NCBI GenBank assembly: GCA_007376385.1
Contig: VMGC01000005.1
Location: 1 to 64,000, forward strand
Origin: Parcubacteria group bacterium Gr01-1014_8
GTDB lineage: Bacteria > Patescibacteriota > Minisyncoccia > Phycocordibacterales > UBA2100
DNA: 64,000 bases
Direction of reading: 5' to 3'
The position numbers and the translations under genes are program-made. Positions 8,499 through 19,400 of this stretch are shown here, piece after piece. Positions within the stretch are counted from its first letter, which is position 1, and every line of letters starts with the position of its first letter. The notes under the pieces are model-generated. The model was not told the DNA's origin. It worked only from the letters and a program-made list of their open reading frames with translations, and ran no database searches.

Positions 8499-9136
8499 TC
8501 GCACGCTATAATCAGAGCGTGGGAATTCGGTATGTCGTAGGGATCGATGAAGCTGGGCGCGGTGCACTCGCGGGTCCCGTATGCGTGGGAGCAGTGCTGT
8601 ATCCGCTCGATTTCGACTGGCGAGAGGCATTTGCTCTTGTTACGAAGAAAGGAAAGCCGAAGCTGCGTGATTCAAAACAACTTTCCGCACAACAACGAGA
8701 CGTTTTGTATGAATATATTGCCGCTCATGGCCGCTTGAAACATGCAGCAGCTTTTGTCAGCGCAGAGATCATAGACGCAATAGGCATTGTGAATGCAGCG
8801 CACGAAGCTGCTGCAGTTGCGATGTCAAAACTCGGTGTTGAGCCGGGGCGCGTTGCAGTGTTGCTTGATTCCGGGCTTCGCGTGCCTCGGATCTGGGAGC
8901 AGGAATCATTTATTCGAGGCGACGAGACGATACCTGCCATATCATGTGCGTCCATTGTTGCGAAAGTCACGCGGGATAGGCATATGGAAGAAATGTCGGA
9001 ACGATACCGAGCGTACGGATTCGAGAGGCATAAAGGATATGGCACTCAGGAGCACCTAAAGAAGATACGATCTGACGGGCTTTCGTCATTTCACAGGGTA
9101 ACGTTCTGCACAAATTTTTCTTCAGTCCCAGACTGA
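8489..9136 (+). CDS. rnhB: Ribonuclease HII
   Basis: GIDEAGRGALAGPV motif. ORF begins at 8462, but the RNase HII core begins near MGYIARY (ATG 8489, inside the IR arm); start uncertain. Confidence 0.8.
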   Translation: MGYIARYNQSVGIRYVVGIDEAGRGALAGPVCVGAVLYPLDFDWREAFALVTKKGKPKLRDSKQLSAQQRDVLYEYIAAHGRLKHAAAFVSAEIIDAIGIVNAAHEAAAVAMSKLGVEPGRVAVLLDSGLRVPRIWEQESFIRGDETIPAISCASIVAKVTRDRHMEEMSERYRAYGFERHKGYGTQEHLKKIRSDGLSSFHRVTFCTNFSSVPD

Positions 9137-9173
9137 TCGAGAAAACCATCCGATTGCGAGAATGTAATACGGC

Positions 9174-9202
9174 TTGAATTTTAGCGCTTCCCGAGCTATA
9201 TT
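9174..9202 (+). promoter_or_regulatory. Sigma70-type promoter TTGAAT-N17-TATATT, giving a leaderless or near-leaderless rpmF transcript
   Basis: Hexamers at 9174..9179 and 9197..9202; ATG at 9210. Confidence 0.4.
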
Positions 9203-9209
9203 GCCCTCC

Positions 9210-9491
9210 ATGGTTGTACGAATGCGGGTAAACCGCTCCAAGACAGGTAAGCGCCGAAGTCATCATGCGCTTGCTGCTGCTCGTCCCGTCACATGCGATT
9301 GCGGCGCAGAGCGGCTTAGCCACCGGGCATGCCCGTCGTGCGGCAAATATAACGGCAAGGTCATCATTGATGTCGTGGCTCGCGCAAAGAGACAGTCCAG
9401 GCGCGACAAGAAACGACAGAAAGAATTGCGCGCAGCGGGCCAGGAGAAGGACACTACTAATAAAGAAACTAAGCAAGAAGTAACCACGTAA
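9210..9491 (+). CDS. rpmF: 50S ribosomal protein L32 with Lys/Glu-rich C-terminal extension
   Basis: MRVNRSKTGKRRSHHAL…C.CG…CPSCG zinc-ribbon signature. Start is 9210 (leaderless) or 9222. Confidence 0.75.
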   Translation: MVVRMRVNRSKTGKRRSHHALAAARPVTCDCGAERLSHRACPSCGKYNGKVIIDVVARAKRQSRRDKKRQKELRAAGQEKDTTNKETKQEVTT

Positions 9492-9574
9492 TATTCATTT
9501 TGTTCCGGTATTGTTGCTCTTTTGTATGAACCGCTCTTTCTTCCGCCCAAGGATACGAGGCTAGATGGTTCTCT

Positions 9575-10480
9575 ATGGCTAACCGACATCTTGCCCGCTC
9601 AGTTGTTCTCCAGGTACTTTTTGAAAAGGACCAATCTGGCAGTGCAATGACGGAAGCGGATATAGAAGCGCGCCTTGCGGACTATGGAAAGGAATTTGGT
9701 GCCCGAGAAAACGACATTCCGTTCATGCTCCAACTCCTTCGAACTGCGCTCGCAAAGCAGAAAGAAGTCGACGAGGTCATAGTGAGCGCGGCGCCAGAGT
9801 GGCCGCTTGAGAAAATAGCTGCTATAGATAGAAATATACTTCGCCTTGGACTTACGGAGCTTTTGTATTCGGACAGGGCGCAAGTTCCGGCAAAAGTTGC
9901 AATAAACGAAGCGATAGAGCTTGCAAAGACATTTGGCAGTGCTTCATCGGGCCGTTTTGTGAACGGCGTTCTCGGCGCAGTGTATGTCGAACTTGGCGAA
10001 CCTGGCAAAGAGGAAGGAGGACACAGAAAGAAAGAAGCCGACCCAAAAAAAATGCCCATGCAGCAGCTTGCCGGGGCAGTTGTCTACGCGAAGCATGAGG
10101 GCGATACGTATCTTGCGTTCGTTCACGATATTTTCGGCCATTGGACCATCTCGAAGGGAAAAATAGAAGAGGGAGAGAATGTGGAACAAGGCGCTATACG
10201 CGAAATACGAGAGGAACTTGGTGTTGATGTGGAGATAAAAGAAGAGCTCGGCGTGAATGAATACATCGCGAATGATCCAGAGGTTAAGGGTGGGAAAAAG
10301 CGCAAGCGTGTCACCTATTTTCTTGCCGAGACCGCTTTCACAGAGCTACGTCTCGGTACCTCGGGAGGTCTCGACGATGCACAATGGTTCCCGCTCTCAC
10401 AGGTGGGAAGTCTCAACTTTTACGATGACACGTTGAAAATAATCATACCGGCCATCAATTTGCTTGCGCAGAGAAAATAA
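9575..10480 (+). CDS. nusB: NusB (transcription antitermination) fused to a C-terminal NUDIX hydrolase domain
   Basis: N-terminal ~145 aa NusB-like; linker; Nudix box GHWTISKGKIEEGENVEQGAIREIREELG. Confidence 0.7.
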   Translation: MANRHLARSVVLQVLFEKDQSGSAMTEADIEARLADYGKEFGARENDIPFMLQLLRTALAKQKEVDEVIVSAAPEWPLEKIAAIDRNILRLGLTELLYSDRAQVPAKVAINEAIELAKTFGSASSGRFVNGVLGAVYVELGEPGKEEGGHRKKEADPKKMPMQQLAGAVVYAKHEGDTYLAFVHDIFGHWTISKGKIEEGENVEQGAIREIREELGVDVEIKEELGVNEYIANDPEVKGGKKRKRVTYFLAETAFTELRLGTSGGLDDAQWFPLSQVGSLNFYDDTLKIIIPAINLLAQRK

Positions 10481-10484
10481 CACC

Positions 10485-11171
10485 ATGGATTTCTCTCCTT
10501 TTGAAAAGAAAATAGGCTACACCTTCAAGAATCCCGCGTTTCTTGAGACTGCTTTTACGCACCGTTCTTTTTTGAACGAGAACAGAGCTGTCGGAAAAGA
10601 ACACAATGAGCGTCTTGAATTCTTAGGAGATGCAGTGCTTGAACTCGTCGTCACAGAATTTCTTTTTGCGAAATATCCCGATAAGCCTGAGGGGGAGTTG
10701 ACAGCGTTCCGTGCTGCCTTGGTGAATACGCAAAGCATATCGGACGCCGCCACAAAACTCGGCATGAATGAATTCCTTCTTCTTTCTCGAGGAGAGGCAA
10801 AAGACACGGGACGAGCACGTCAGATAATTCTCGCGAATGCGTTCGAAGCTCTTATCGGGGCTCTCCATCTCGATCGAGGTTACGATGTCGCCAAAGAATT
10901 CATTGCTTCGCAGCTATTTCACAAAACCGATGAGGTTGTTGAGAAACGTTTGTGGCAAGATGCAAAGAGCAAGTTCCAAGAGATCGCACAGGATGTCGCG
11001 GGTGTTACTCCGCGATATGAAGTCGTAAGTCAGTCTGGACCGGATCATGACAAAATGTTCGTGACAGGCGTATATTTGGCCTCTGACAGAGTTGCAACAG
11101 GTGAAGGTCGTTCAAAACAAGAAGCGGAGCAGGCAGCCGCCGAGAACGCGCTGAAAACCAAGGGTTGGTAA
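10485..11171 (+). CDS. rnc: Ribonuclease III
   Basis: ERLEFLGDAVL signature; dsRBD at C-terminus. Start taken at MDFSPFEKK. Confidence 0.85.
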   Translation: MDFSPFEKKIGYTFKNPAFLETAFTHRSFLNENRAVGKEHNERLEFLGDAVLELVVTEFLFAKYPDKPEGELTAFRAALVNTQSISDAATKLGMNEFLLLSRGEAKDTGRARQIILANAFEALIGALHLDRGYDVAKEFIASQLFHKTDEVVEKRLWQDAKSKFQEIAQDVAGVTPRYEVVSQSGPDHDKMFVTGVYLASDRVATGEGRSKQEAEQAAAENALKTKGW

Positions 11172-11196
11172 GCGTTTTGGTGTAAAATGAACGTCA

Positions 11197-13404
11197 ATGT
11201 ATTACCTGAAGTCAATCGAATTGACGGGATTTAAGTCGTTTGGCAAGAAAACCACGTTTGAATTCAACGCCGCAATTTCCGCCATCGTAGGTCCCAATGG
11301 TTCCGGAAAATCGAATGTTGCAGAGGCATTTCGATTCGTTCTGGGGGAACAATCGATGAAATCGCTGCGCTCAAAGCGGGGCGAGGACCTGATTTGGGGA
11401 GGTTCTCCTGCGCTGCCGCGCATGAACCGCGCAGGGGCGAAAGTAGTGTTTGACAATTCAAAGCGCCTTCTCGATATTGATTTTCCAGAGGTTTCTGTCG
11501 AGCGGGTTGTCTATCGCGACGGGCAGAATGAATATCTATTGAACGGGAGCATCGTCCGGCTTAAGGATGTCGTCCGGCTGCTTGCGGGTGCGAATATCGG
11601 CGGGTCAGGTTACCAAATAATCTCTCAAGGAGAGGCGGATCGCATACTCAACGCCTCGCCAAAAGAAAGGCGGGAGATGGTGGAAGATTCGCTTGGGCTC
11701 AAGCTCTATCAGCACAAAAAAGCAGAGAGCGAGAGAAAGCTTGAGGAAACGGGCGCGAATATCGAGAAGACAAAGTCGCTTCGGAGAGAGATAGCGCCGC
11801 ATCTGAAATTCTTGCAAACCCAGGTGGAAAAAATAGAAAAAGCACGTGAAATAAAAGAGGATTTGAAAGTGATTCTTGTGGATTATCTTGCGCGCGAGCA
11901 TGCGTGGCTTACCGCAGAACACACGCAACTCTTTGAGGAAGCAAAGGTGCTTGAAACAACGGTGCGTTCTCTGGAAGCAGAAATTAAGTCCGCGCGGAGC
12001 TTCGATACGAGTGGGAACGCTGGCGAGGGCGCGAAGCTTGAGCAGATGCTCCGTGAGACGGAAAAGATACTGACTGACACACGAAAGCAAAGAGAAGCGC
12101 TGGCGAGAGAACTTGGACGCGCGGAAGGCGCGGCGGAGGCCGCGCGAAGCGCGACTGAACACGCAATACCCGCAGCAAACGTTCGGCAATTCGCACGGGA
12201 AATAAGTGATTCCATTGATTCTGTCGCGAGTGTGAGCGAGGTAGAAGAAATGCGTTCCCTCCTCTCGCGTATTAAAGAGAGAATACATTCGTTCGTTGAA
12301 GGCCTCTCGGGAGCTGCGCCAGCATCAAAAAATGAAGCGAAGGAACATGTCTCGGTTCTTTCTGAGGAGTTGAAAAAGAAAGAGAGCGAAGAGGAGAAAT
12401 TGCGTGCACATGCGGAGGAGGTTAGAAAAAAGATGTCTGAAGCGCGCGAAGAACGATTCGTTGCAGAGAGAAAGACAGTAGAAATGGAGGGTTCCATACG
12501 AGAAGCGCAGGGAAAGCTCTCGACAGCTCGCGTGGGTCTTGATTCGATGAAGACTCTGCGCCAGCGTTTTGAAGAAGAGGTGCGGGAGGGCGTGGCTCTC
12601 ATCGGGGCTGATATTCGAGGATGGGAAAGCGCTGGAATACCTGATGGTGCACTGTCAGAAGATAGGAGTGAACAGGATAAGCGCCGCCGCTCGATCGAAC
12701 GTTTAAAGATAAAGATAGAAGAAGCGGGGATAGGAGAGGGAGAAGCAGTCGTCAAGGAATTCACTCAGACAAAAGAGCGAGATGAATTTCTTGCGCGAGA
12801 ACTTATCGACTTGGAAAAATCGGCCGCTTCGTTGAAGAATATTATTGCAGAACTCGAAAGGACCATCGACGTGCAATTTAACGAAGGCTTGAAGCACATC
12901 AATAAAGCGCTCGGCAATTTCTTCTCGAAATTATTCGGAGGAGGGATGGCGAAGCTGGAAGTTGAAGAGCCTCGCCGCACAAAGGCGAAAAAGGGCGAGG
13001 ATGGCGATGATGAGGACGAGATGGATATTCCGGAAGAAGAGGAGCTCTATGCAGGACTCTCGATTGACGTGCAGCTTCCCCGTAAGAAAGTCAGAGGTTT
13101 GGAAGTGCTCTCTGGCGGCGAGCGAGCCCTTACGTCAATCGCGCTCATTTTCTCGATGTCGCAAGTTAACCCCCCTCCATTCCTTATTCTTGATGAGACA
13201 GATGCCGCGCTCGACGAAGCGAATAGCAAGCGGTACGCGGACATGGTCGTGGAATTAGCTGATAAGAGCCAGCTCATCGTCATTACGCATAACCGTGCGT
13301 CTATGGCCGCAGCAGGAGAATTGTATGGAGTGACGATGGATTCGAGCGGGGTATCGAAAGTGTTGTCTGTGAAATTGGAAGAGGCGGCGAAAGTGGCCAA
13401 GTAG
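11197..13404 (+). CDS. SMC-like chromosome partition ATPase, short (735 aa; Walker A GPNGSGKSN, coiled coil, signature LSGGERALTSIAL, Walker B LILDETDAALD); no obvious hinge
   Basis: Motifs read from the translation. Confidence 0.7.
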   Translation: MYYLKSIELTGFKSFGKKTTFEFNAAISAIVGPNGSGKSNVAEAFRFVLGEQSMKSLRSKRGEDLIWGGSPALPRMNRAGAKVVFDNSKRLLDIDFPEVSVERVVYRDGQNEYLLNGSIVRLKDVVRLLAGANIGGSGYQIISQGEADRILNASPKERREMVEDSLGLKLYQHKKAESERKLEETGANIEKTKSLRREIAPHLKFLQTQVEKIEKAREIKEDLKVILVDYLAREHAWLTAEHTQLFEEAKVLETTVRSLEAEIKSARSFDTSGNAGEGAKLEQMLRETEKILTDTRKQREALARELGRAEGAAEAARSATEHAIPAANVRQFAREISDSIDSVASVSEVEEMRSLLSRIKERIHSFVEGLSGAAPASKNEAKEHVSVLSEELKKKESEEEKLRAHAEEVRKKMSEAREERFVAERKTVEMEGSIREAQGKLSTARVGLDSMKTLRQRFEEEVREGVALIGADIRGWESAGIPDGALSEDRSEQDKRRRSIERLKIKIEEAGIGEGEAVVKEFTQTKERDEFLARELIDLEKSAASLKNIIAELERTIDVQFNEGLKHINKALGNFFSKLFGGGMAKLEVEEPRRTKAKKGEDGDDEDEMDIPEEEELYAGLSIDVQLPRKKVRGLEVLSGGERALTSIALIFSMSQVNPPPFLILDETDAALDEANSKRYADMVVELADKSQLIVITHNRASMAAAGELYGVTMDSSGVSKVLSVKLEEAAKVAK

Positions 13405-13453
13405 TCGTTGTATACTTGAGTTTGGGGAATATTACCTTTTAACAAAGTTACTT

Positions 13454-13798
13454 ATGGGCAATCCAATGGGTGGTCTGGGAAATCAGTTACCGAATCAGCG
13501 AAAATCGGCGTTAGACAAGGGATCGTGGGATAAGGGACCGAAAGACATGAGCATTCAAGACATGCCAAGCATACTGTCGGAGTTGGTACCTAAGGGTGTA
13601 CAAGGAGGTACTTTTTTGGAAAAACTAAATCGGGATTTTGGCACCGATGAGAGAGGCAAAGCTCTTTATTGCCGAGAGCAACTGAGCAGGATTCCCGAAC
13701 TTGATTGGCTCAAGCTCGACGCAGGAGAGCAAGCAGAACTAGAAAAAATAAAAGGCGAATTGATTTCTCAAGGAACAATTCTTGGTTCGTTGCTATAA
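13454..13798 (+). CDS. Hypothetical protein (114 aa)
   Basis: ORF only. Confidence 0.3.
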   Translation: MGNPMGGLGNQLPNQRKSALDKGSWDKGPKDMSIQDMPSILSELVPKGVQGGTFLEKLNRDFGTDERGKALYCREQLSRIPELDWLKLDAGEQAELEKIKGELISQGTILGSLL

Positions 13799-13860
13799 GC
13801 GATTTTTGTGAATTCACGCTTGTTTGACCACATAATTATTTCCTGGTAGAGTGCCGCGAC

Positions 13861-14250
13861 ATGTTAAAGATCCGATTCCAGAGAACTGGCCGCACGAACG
13901 ACGCGTCGTTCAGGCTTATTGTTGTTGAGCACACAGAACCTGCTAAAACCGGGGATTTTTTGGAGCGAGTTGGTACATACGACCCAAAAAGCAAAGTAAA
14001 GAATTTGGATGCCGACCGCATCAAATACTGGCTCTCAAAGGGCGCAAAAGCATCCCCGACGGTCCACAACCTGCTCATCTCTGCGGGGATAATTTCTGGG
14101 AAAAAGATAAACGTTTTACCGAAGAAAAACCCTCCGAAGAAGGAGGAAGTAGCTGCAGCAGAAGGGGCAGCTCCCTCGAGTGAAGCTGCAGAGGCTTCGG
14201 CTGTGGCCGCGGCGGCAGAAACGGCAAATGGCGAAGCCATTGTTGCCTAG
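13861..14250 (+). CDS. rpsP: 30S ribosomal protein S16 with Ala/Glu-rich C-terminal extension
   Basis: MLKIRFQRTGRTNDASFRLIVVE…ERVGTYDP matches the S16 N-terminus. Confidence 0.85.
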   Translation: MLKIRFQRTGRTNDASFRLIVVEHTEPAKTGDFLERVGTYDPKSKVKNLDADRIKYWLSKGAKASPTVHNLLISAGIISGKKINVLPKKNPPKKEEVAAAEGAAPSSEAAEASAVAAAAETANGEAIVA

Positions 14251-14325
14251 CGTTGACTCCCGCTCGACTTCCTTGTACTCTTCAAAAAGCGGGATTTTCC
14301 GCATGCGCTTACCAGAAAAGATAGA

Positions 14326-14655
14326 TTGATTATGGAACAGGATCAGATATTCCTCGAATATGTAGTTAAAGCGCTCGTCGACAATCCGAACGACGTTAAG
14401 ATAAAACGAACAGTCGATGAGATGGGCGTGCTTCTTACGCTTTCCGTGCATAAGGACGACATGGGCAAAATAATCGGCCGCTCTGGCGCGACGGCAAAGG
14501 CTATCCGCACCATACTTCGCGTGGTCGGCATGAAGAACGAAGCGCGCGTTAATTTGAAGATAGAAGAACCGGAAGGCTCCGACAGAGGGTTCGCTCCGCG
14601 GGAACAGAACAAGGATAAATCTGTTGATGATGTTATCGCAGGTCTCGACGCGTAA
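14326..14655 (+). CDS. KH-domain RNA-binding protein (YlqC/UPF0109-like)
   Basis: GKIIGRSGATAKAIRTIL KH core; conserved position next to rpsP. Confidence 0.7.
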   Translation: MIMEQDQIFLEYVVKALVDNPNDVKIKRTVDEMGVLLTLSVHKDDMGKIIGRSGATAKAIRTILRVVGMKNEARVNLKIEEPEGSDRGFAPREQNKDKSVDDVIAGLDA

Positions 14656-14779
14656 AAGTGGCGCTCGGCGAGCGTGCTTCTTTCAGGTACGCATTTTTTC
14701 TGCTGAAAAAAAGCTCGGGCTTCGCGTCGTCACGCTGCAGAGCCCTTCCAGAAGCACGTTCGACCTCGCTTAAGAATGT

Positions 14780-15418
14780 ATGGTTCACTTTCATATAATT
14801 ACCCTGTTTCCAGAGTCAATTGATCCGTATCTTCGTAGCTCTATTTTGGGTCGTGCACGCGAAAAGAAACTCGTCAAAGTTTCCTACTATGATCCGAAAA
14901 AGTTTGCAGTTGGCAAGCATAAGCGCGTAGACCAGAGGCCATATGGAGGGGGTCCCGGAATGGTACTCGAACCGACGGCGATGCTGCGAGCGTCCGCAAA
15001 GGCAATAGGAAAAAGAAAGGGAGTAGAAAAAATATTCTTCGCAACGGACGGAGAGCAATTCGATGAGGCAATGGCGAAGAAACTTTCAAAGAAGAAAGAC
15101 ATTTTGCTCATCAGCGGGCGTTACGAAGGTGTTGACGCGCGTGTTCCAAAGATACTCAAAGCAAAACCAGTAACAGTAGGCCCGTATGTTCTGACCGGAG
15201 GGGAATTACCAGCCGCAGCGCTGGTTGATGCCGTCGCGCGATTTGTGCCAGGAGTTCTCGGCAAAATAGGATCGTTGGAACGCTCGCGGGTTTCGAGTCC
15301 GGAGGTCTATACGAGACCGGAAACATTGGCTTGGAAAAAGAAGAAATACAAGGTTCCAGAAGTGCTTCGTTCTGGCCATCACGCCAAGATAAACGAGTGG
15401 AAGACAAAAAAGAGCTAA
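14780..15418 (+). CDS. trmD: tRNA (guanine37-N1)-methyltransferase
   Basis: MVHFHIITLFPE N-terminus and TrmD-like length; rimM absent between the KH protein and trmD. Confidence 0.85.
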   Translation: MVHFHIITLFPESIDPYLRSSILGRAREKKLVKVSYYDPKKFAVGKHKRVDQRPYGGGPGMVLEPTAMLRASAKAIGKRKGVEKIFFATDGEQFDEAMAKKLSKKKDILLISGRYEGVDARVPKILKAKPVTVGPYVLTGGELPAAALVDAVARFVPGVLGKIGSLERSRVSSPEVYTRPETLAWKKKKYKVPEVLRSGHHAKINEWKTKKS

Positions 15419-16122
15419 CGTCTCAACCTCCGTTCGCTCTGTATTGTCGTCACATTGCTCATGGCGCGGAAGAACGCGAGTGAAGCCGCACGAGCCTGGA
15501 TGTCTGTCTTGCTCGCTTCTTGCAGCATCTCCGCGATACCCTCAAGTATTGAGAGGGAGTTCCTTTGAAGTTTTTCAATGGAGCCGGAAAATTGACGCGC
15601 AGTTGTCTTGAAAATAGCGAGTCTGCCGCATTTTCGAGGATCTCTCTGTGCGTCAGATATCATTGTGCTCATATATGCCATCAGAGCTTTATCGTCGGCA
15701 TATGTCTTTTTCGTGGGATCTGCGTATGCCCGCACTTCATCAAATAATCCGCGTGCCTGCACCGGCCAAGTTTCTGGAGGTTTTTTGGAAAGATACGTCC
15801 ATACCATTGCGATATCTTTTATAGAATCGTTCACCCATTCTGCGCTCGCGTTACAGAGTTCCGTAGCTTTGGTTGCATTACTCAATAGTGAGACGTCAGT
15901 CTTGTGCTTTGAGTGCTTTTCGCGCCCTTGTGTTATCTGAAATTTGAATTCAGCAAAGTTTGCGCTGATATCATTCCGGCATGCATCGGCTTGAATAGTC
16001 GAGCATGAAGCGAGAGGTTTCCCAAGCTCCTTGAGCCGTGCGGCTTCTTGTGCCTGCGCGGAGCCGGCGAGTAGAAGCGACGTTGCAAGACCGAGATTCC
16101 GGAAAAGCCCTTTTAGCTCCAT
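15415..16122 (-). CDS. Hypothetical exported protein (signal peptide MELKGLFRNLGLATSLLLAGSAQA)
   Basis: ORF 15415..16167; start moved to the signal-peptide Met. Confidence 0.4.
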   Translation of the reverse strand: MELKGLFRNLGLATSLLLAGSAQAQEAARLKELGKPLASCSTIQADACRNDISANFAEFKFQITQGREKHSKHKTDVSLLSNATKATELCNASAEWVNDSIKDIAMVWTYLSKKPPETWPVQARGLFDEVRAYADPTKKTYADDKALMAYMSTMISDAQRDPRKCGRLAIFKTTARQFSGSIEKLQRNSLSILEGIAEMLQEASKTDIQARAASLAFFRAMSNVTTIQSERRLRR

Positions 16123-16201
16123 CGCTGATTCGTTTGCCTGCTCTGTCATCCTCATGGCCATGCCCATAGCATATCAAAATAGTGACGGGGGCGAGAGGGT
16201 C

Positions 16202-16229
16202 TTGACATATAAATCGGCCCTGATACACT
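16202..16229 (+). promoter_or_regulatory. Candidate rpoB promoter TTGACA-N16-TACACT
   Basis: Hexamers at 16202..16207 and 16224..16229. Confidence 0.35.
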
Positions 16230-16432
16230 CCTCGGACATTTGCTGATTCTCTGGATGCGTTGCGGTTGGTTCTTGAATAAGCAAAAAAGAAGCCTGTAGT
16301 CAGGTACTTTTTATTGCCGAGGATAGTGAGAGAAATGAAAGTTGAGACTTTCATTTCCGAACGCCGCAGGCAACAAAAGCAACGCTTTTATACAACCGCT
16401 AACTAGTCCGCCTTTGGCGGACAGGAATACGC
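16230..16432 (+). promoter_or_regulatory. Long rpoB 5' leader with two hairpins: GAAATGAAAG-ttgagac-CTTTCATTTC (16331..16356) and TCCGCC-ttt-GGCGGA (16407..16421), the latter just before the RBS
   Basis: Perfect inverted repeats read from sequence. Confidence 0.35.
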
Positions 16433-19400
16433 ATGGCTAAAGCTAAGCACGTCAGGCCGCAAAAGTATTTCTCGCGCTTCAAGAAACCTCTCGTTGAATT
16501 GCCGAATCTTGTTGAGTCACAACTCGAATCGTTTCGCCAGTTCGTTGAAGGGGGAGCAGAGAAAGTGTTCAGGGAGTTCTCGCCGATCAGCGACCACTCT
16601 CAAAAGAAGTTCGAACTTAAACTGACGAAGTTCACTTTCGGCGCGGTTCGTTGGGACGAACACTATGCAAAGCGCACGATGCGCACGTATGAGGCGCCGC
16701 TCTCGATGGTTGCGAAGTTGAAGAACAAAACGACCGGGGAGGAACGAGAGCAGGAAATATTTCTCGCTGACTTTCCGTGGATGACCGTGCACGGCACGTT
16801 CATCATCAACGGCGTCGAACGTATCGTCGTTCCTCAGCTTGCGCGTTCGTACGGTGTCTTTTTTGAAAGCGTTCCCTACAAAGGAAAGAACTATTTTGCC
16901 GCGAAGATAATCCCTGCCCGCGGTGTATGGATAGAAATTGAATCAGACGCTGACGGCGGCATGTACGTAAAAATAGATAGAAAGCGCCGATTTCCCGTCA
17001 CCTCGCTTCTGCGAGTTCTTGGTCTTGCGTCCGACAAAGAGATGCTTGCACGATTCGACAGATCGCCGTCTGCAAAAGAAGCGGTAACGAACACGCTTGT
17101 ACACGACACCGCCAAGACCGTTGAGGAAGCGTGCGTCGAGATATATCGCAGACTTCGCGACGGTGATATCGCGACTCCAGATTCTGCACGGGAGCATGTC
17201 GCATCCATTCTCTCTCCAGAGCGATACGACCTTTCTCGCGTCGGCCGCTTTCATTTCAACCGCAGATTCGACCTTCCCGTTACTGAAAAGCATCTTGCAG
17301 AATCAGCGCTCACGCAGGACGACATTGTCCGTATTGTGTCGAACATCGCAGAGTTGAACGTTAATCCCGTCGCGCAGCCTGACGACATTGACCATCTCGG
17401 TTTCCGCCGAGTGCGCTTTGTTGGCGAGCTCCTTGAACAGCGCATGCGCATCGGCCTTTCTCGAATGAAGCGAAACATTCAGGACCGCATGGCCATGGTG
17501 GACGCTGAAACGGTTCTTCCGGTCCAATTTGTGAACCCGCGGCCGTTCCAAGCATCCATTAGAGAATTCTTCACGACCGACCAGCTCTCACAGCTGATGC
17601 AGCAATACAACACGCTTGATGAGATAGAACACCTTAGAACGCTTTCGACGCTTGGTCGCGGTGGTCTCACGTCCGAGCGCGCAGGCCTTGAAGTGCGTGA
17701 CGTTCACGCGTCGCATTATGGCCGCGTCTGTCCTATTCACACGCCTGAAGGCAAGAACATCGGGCTCGTTCTCCACATGTCGCTCTTCGCAAGACCGAAC
17801 GAGTTCGGCATCATCGAGACGCCGTATGCAAAAGTTGAGAAAGGAAAGGTCACCAAGGAGATCGTATACATCAACGCGATCGAAGAAGAGCGTTACGCTA
17901 TCGCGCACGCAGCAACGAAGCGCGATGAAGACGGGAAGATACTTGAAAAGCACGTCGAGGTTAGAAAGGGAGGCGAGCCGCTTCTTGTTGAGCGTACCGA
18001 TGTTGATTTCATGGAAGTTGCAACAAACCAGCCGTTTTCAGTTGCGACCTCGCTCATTCCGTTCGTCGAGAACGACGATGCGAACCGAGCGCTTATGGGC
18101 TCGAACATGCAGAAGCAGGCTGTGCCATTGGTAGTGCCCGAGGCTCCAGTCGTTGCAACGGGCATCGAAGCAGAAGCTGCGCGAGATTCCGGACGGTTGA
18201 CTCTTGCAGAAGATGCAGGCGAGGTTATCTACGCGGACGCTCGCCTTATCAAGGTCAAAAATTCCGACGGCAAAACAAAAGATTACGAGCTTGTGAATTT
18301 CTCGCGAACGAACGGTTTTACGACGTTCCACCAGCGTCCGGCAGTACACGTCGGCGATCCAGTGAAGCGCGGCGCTGTTCTTGCTGATGCCTCGACTTCT
18401 GTCGGCGGCCAGCTCGCGATCGGCCAAAATGTTCGTGTTGCATTCTTGCCATGGTTCGGGGCGAACTACGAAGACGCCATCGTCATTTCAGAAAGACTTG
18501 CAAAAGATGCGCGCTTTACCTCGATCCACATGGAGGAATTTATCTGCGTTGTTCGCGATACGAAACTCGGTCCAGAGGTTACGACGCACGACATTCCGAA
18601 CGTAAGCGAATTCAAACTCCGTAACTTGGACGAGGAAGGCATCATTCGCATTGGTGCAGAAGTCCGCCCCGGCGACATTTTGGTAGGAAAAGTGACACCG
18701 AAAGGCGAGACCCAGCTCACGCCGGAGGAAAGACTCTTGCATGCGATCTTCGGCGAGAAAGCTAAGGACGTGAAAGACACATCGCTTCGCATGGACGGCG
18801 GGAAACGCGGTCGTGTCGTCGGCGTGAAAGTATTTTCCCGCGAGACCGGCGACCAGCTCGAGAGCGGCGTCATCAAGCGTGTGCACGTAGAAGTTGCTCA
18901 GCTTCGAACAGTATCAGTCGGCGACAAGCTCGCAGGACGACACGGAAACAAAGGTGTTATTTCGCGCGTGCTTCCAGAGGAAGATATGCCGTACGACACG
19001 GATGGCAATCCAGTGGACATCATATTGACTCCGCTCGGTGTTCCATCTCGTATGAACTTGGGACAAATATTGGAACTTCACCTCGGACTCGCAGCGAACA
19101 CGCTTGGCTACCAGGCCATCGTGCCATCGTTCGCAGGCGCAACTGAAGAAGAAATCCGAGAGGAACTCAAAAAGGCAGGTTTCGACGAAACAGGAAAATT
19201 CACTCTTTTTGATGGACGCACGGGCGAAGCATTTGCGCAGCCTGTTTCCGTCGGCGTCATGTATATGCTGAAGCTGCACCACATGGTTGAAGACAAGATA
19301 CACATGCGTTCCATCGGTCCGTACTCGCTTACAACGCAGCAGCCGCTCGGCGGCAAAGCCCAGAACGGAGGGCAGCGGGTCGGAGAAATGGAAGTGTGGG

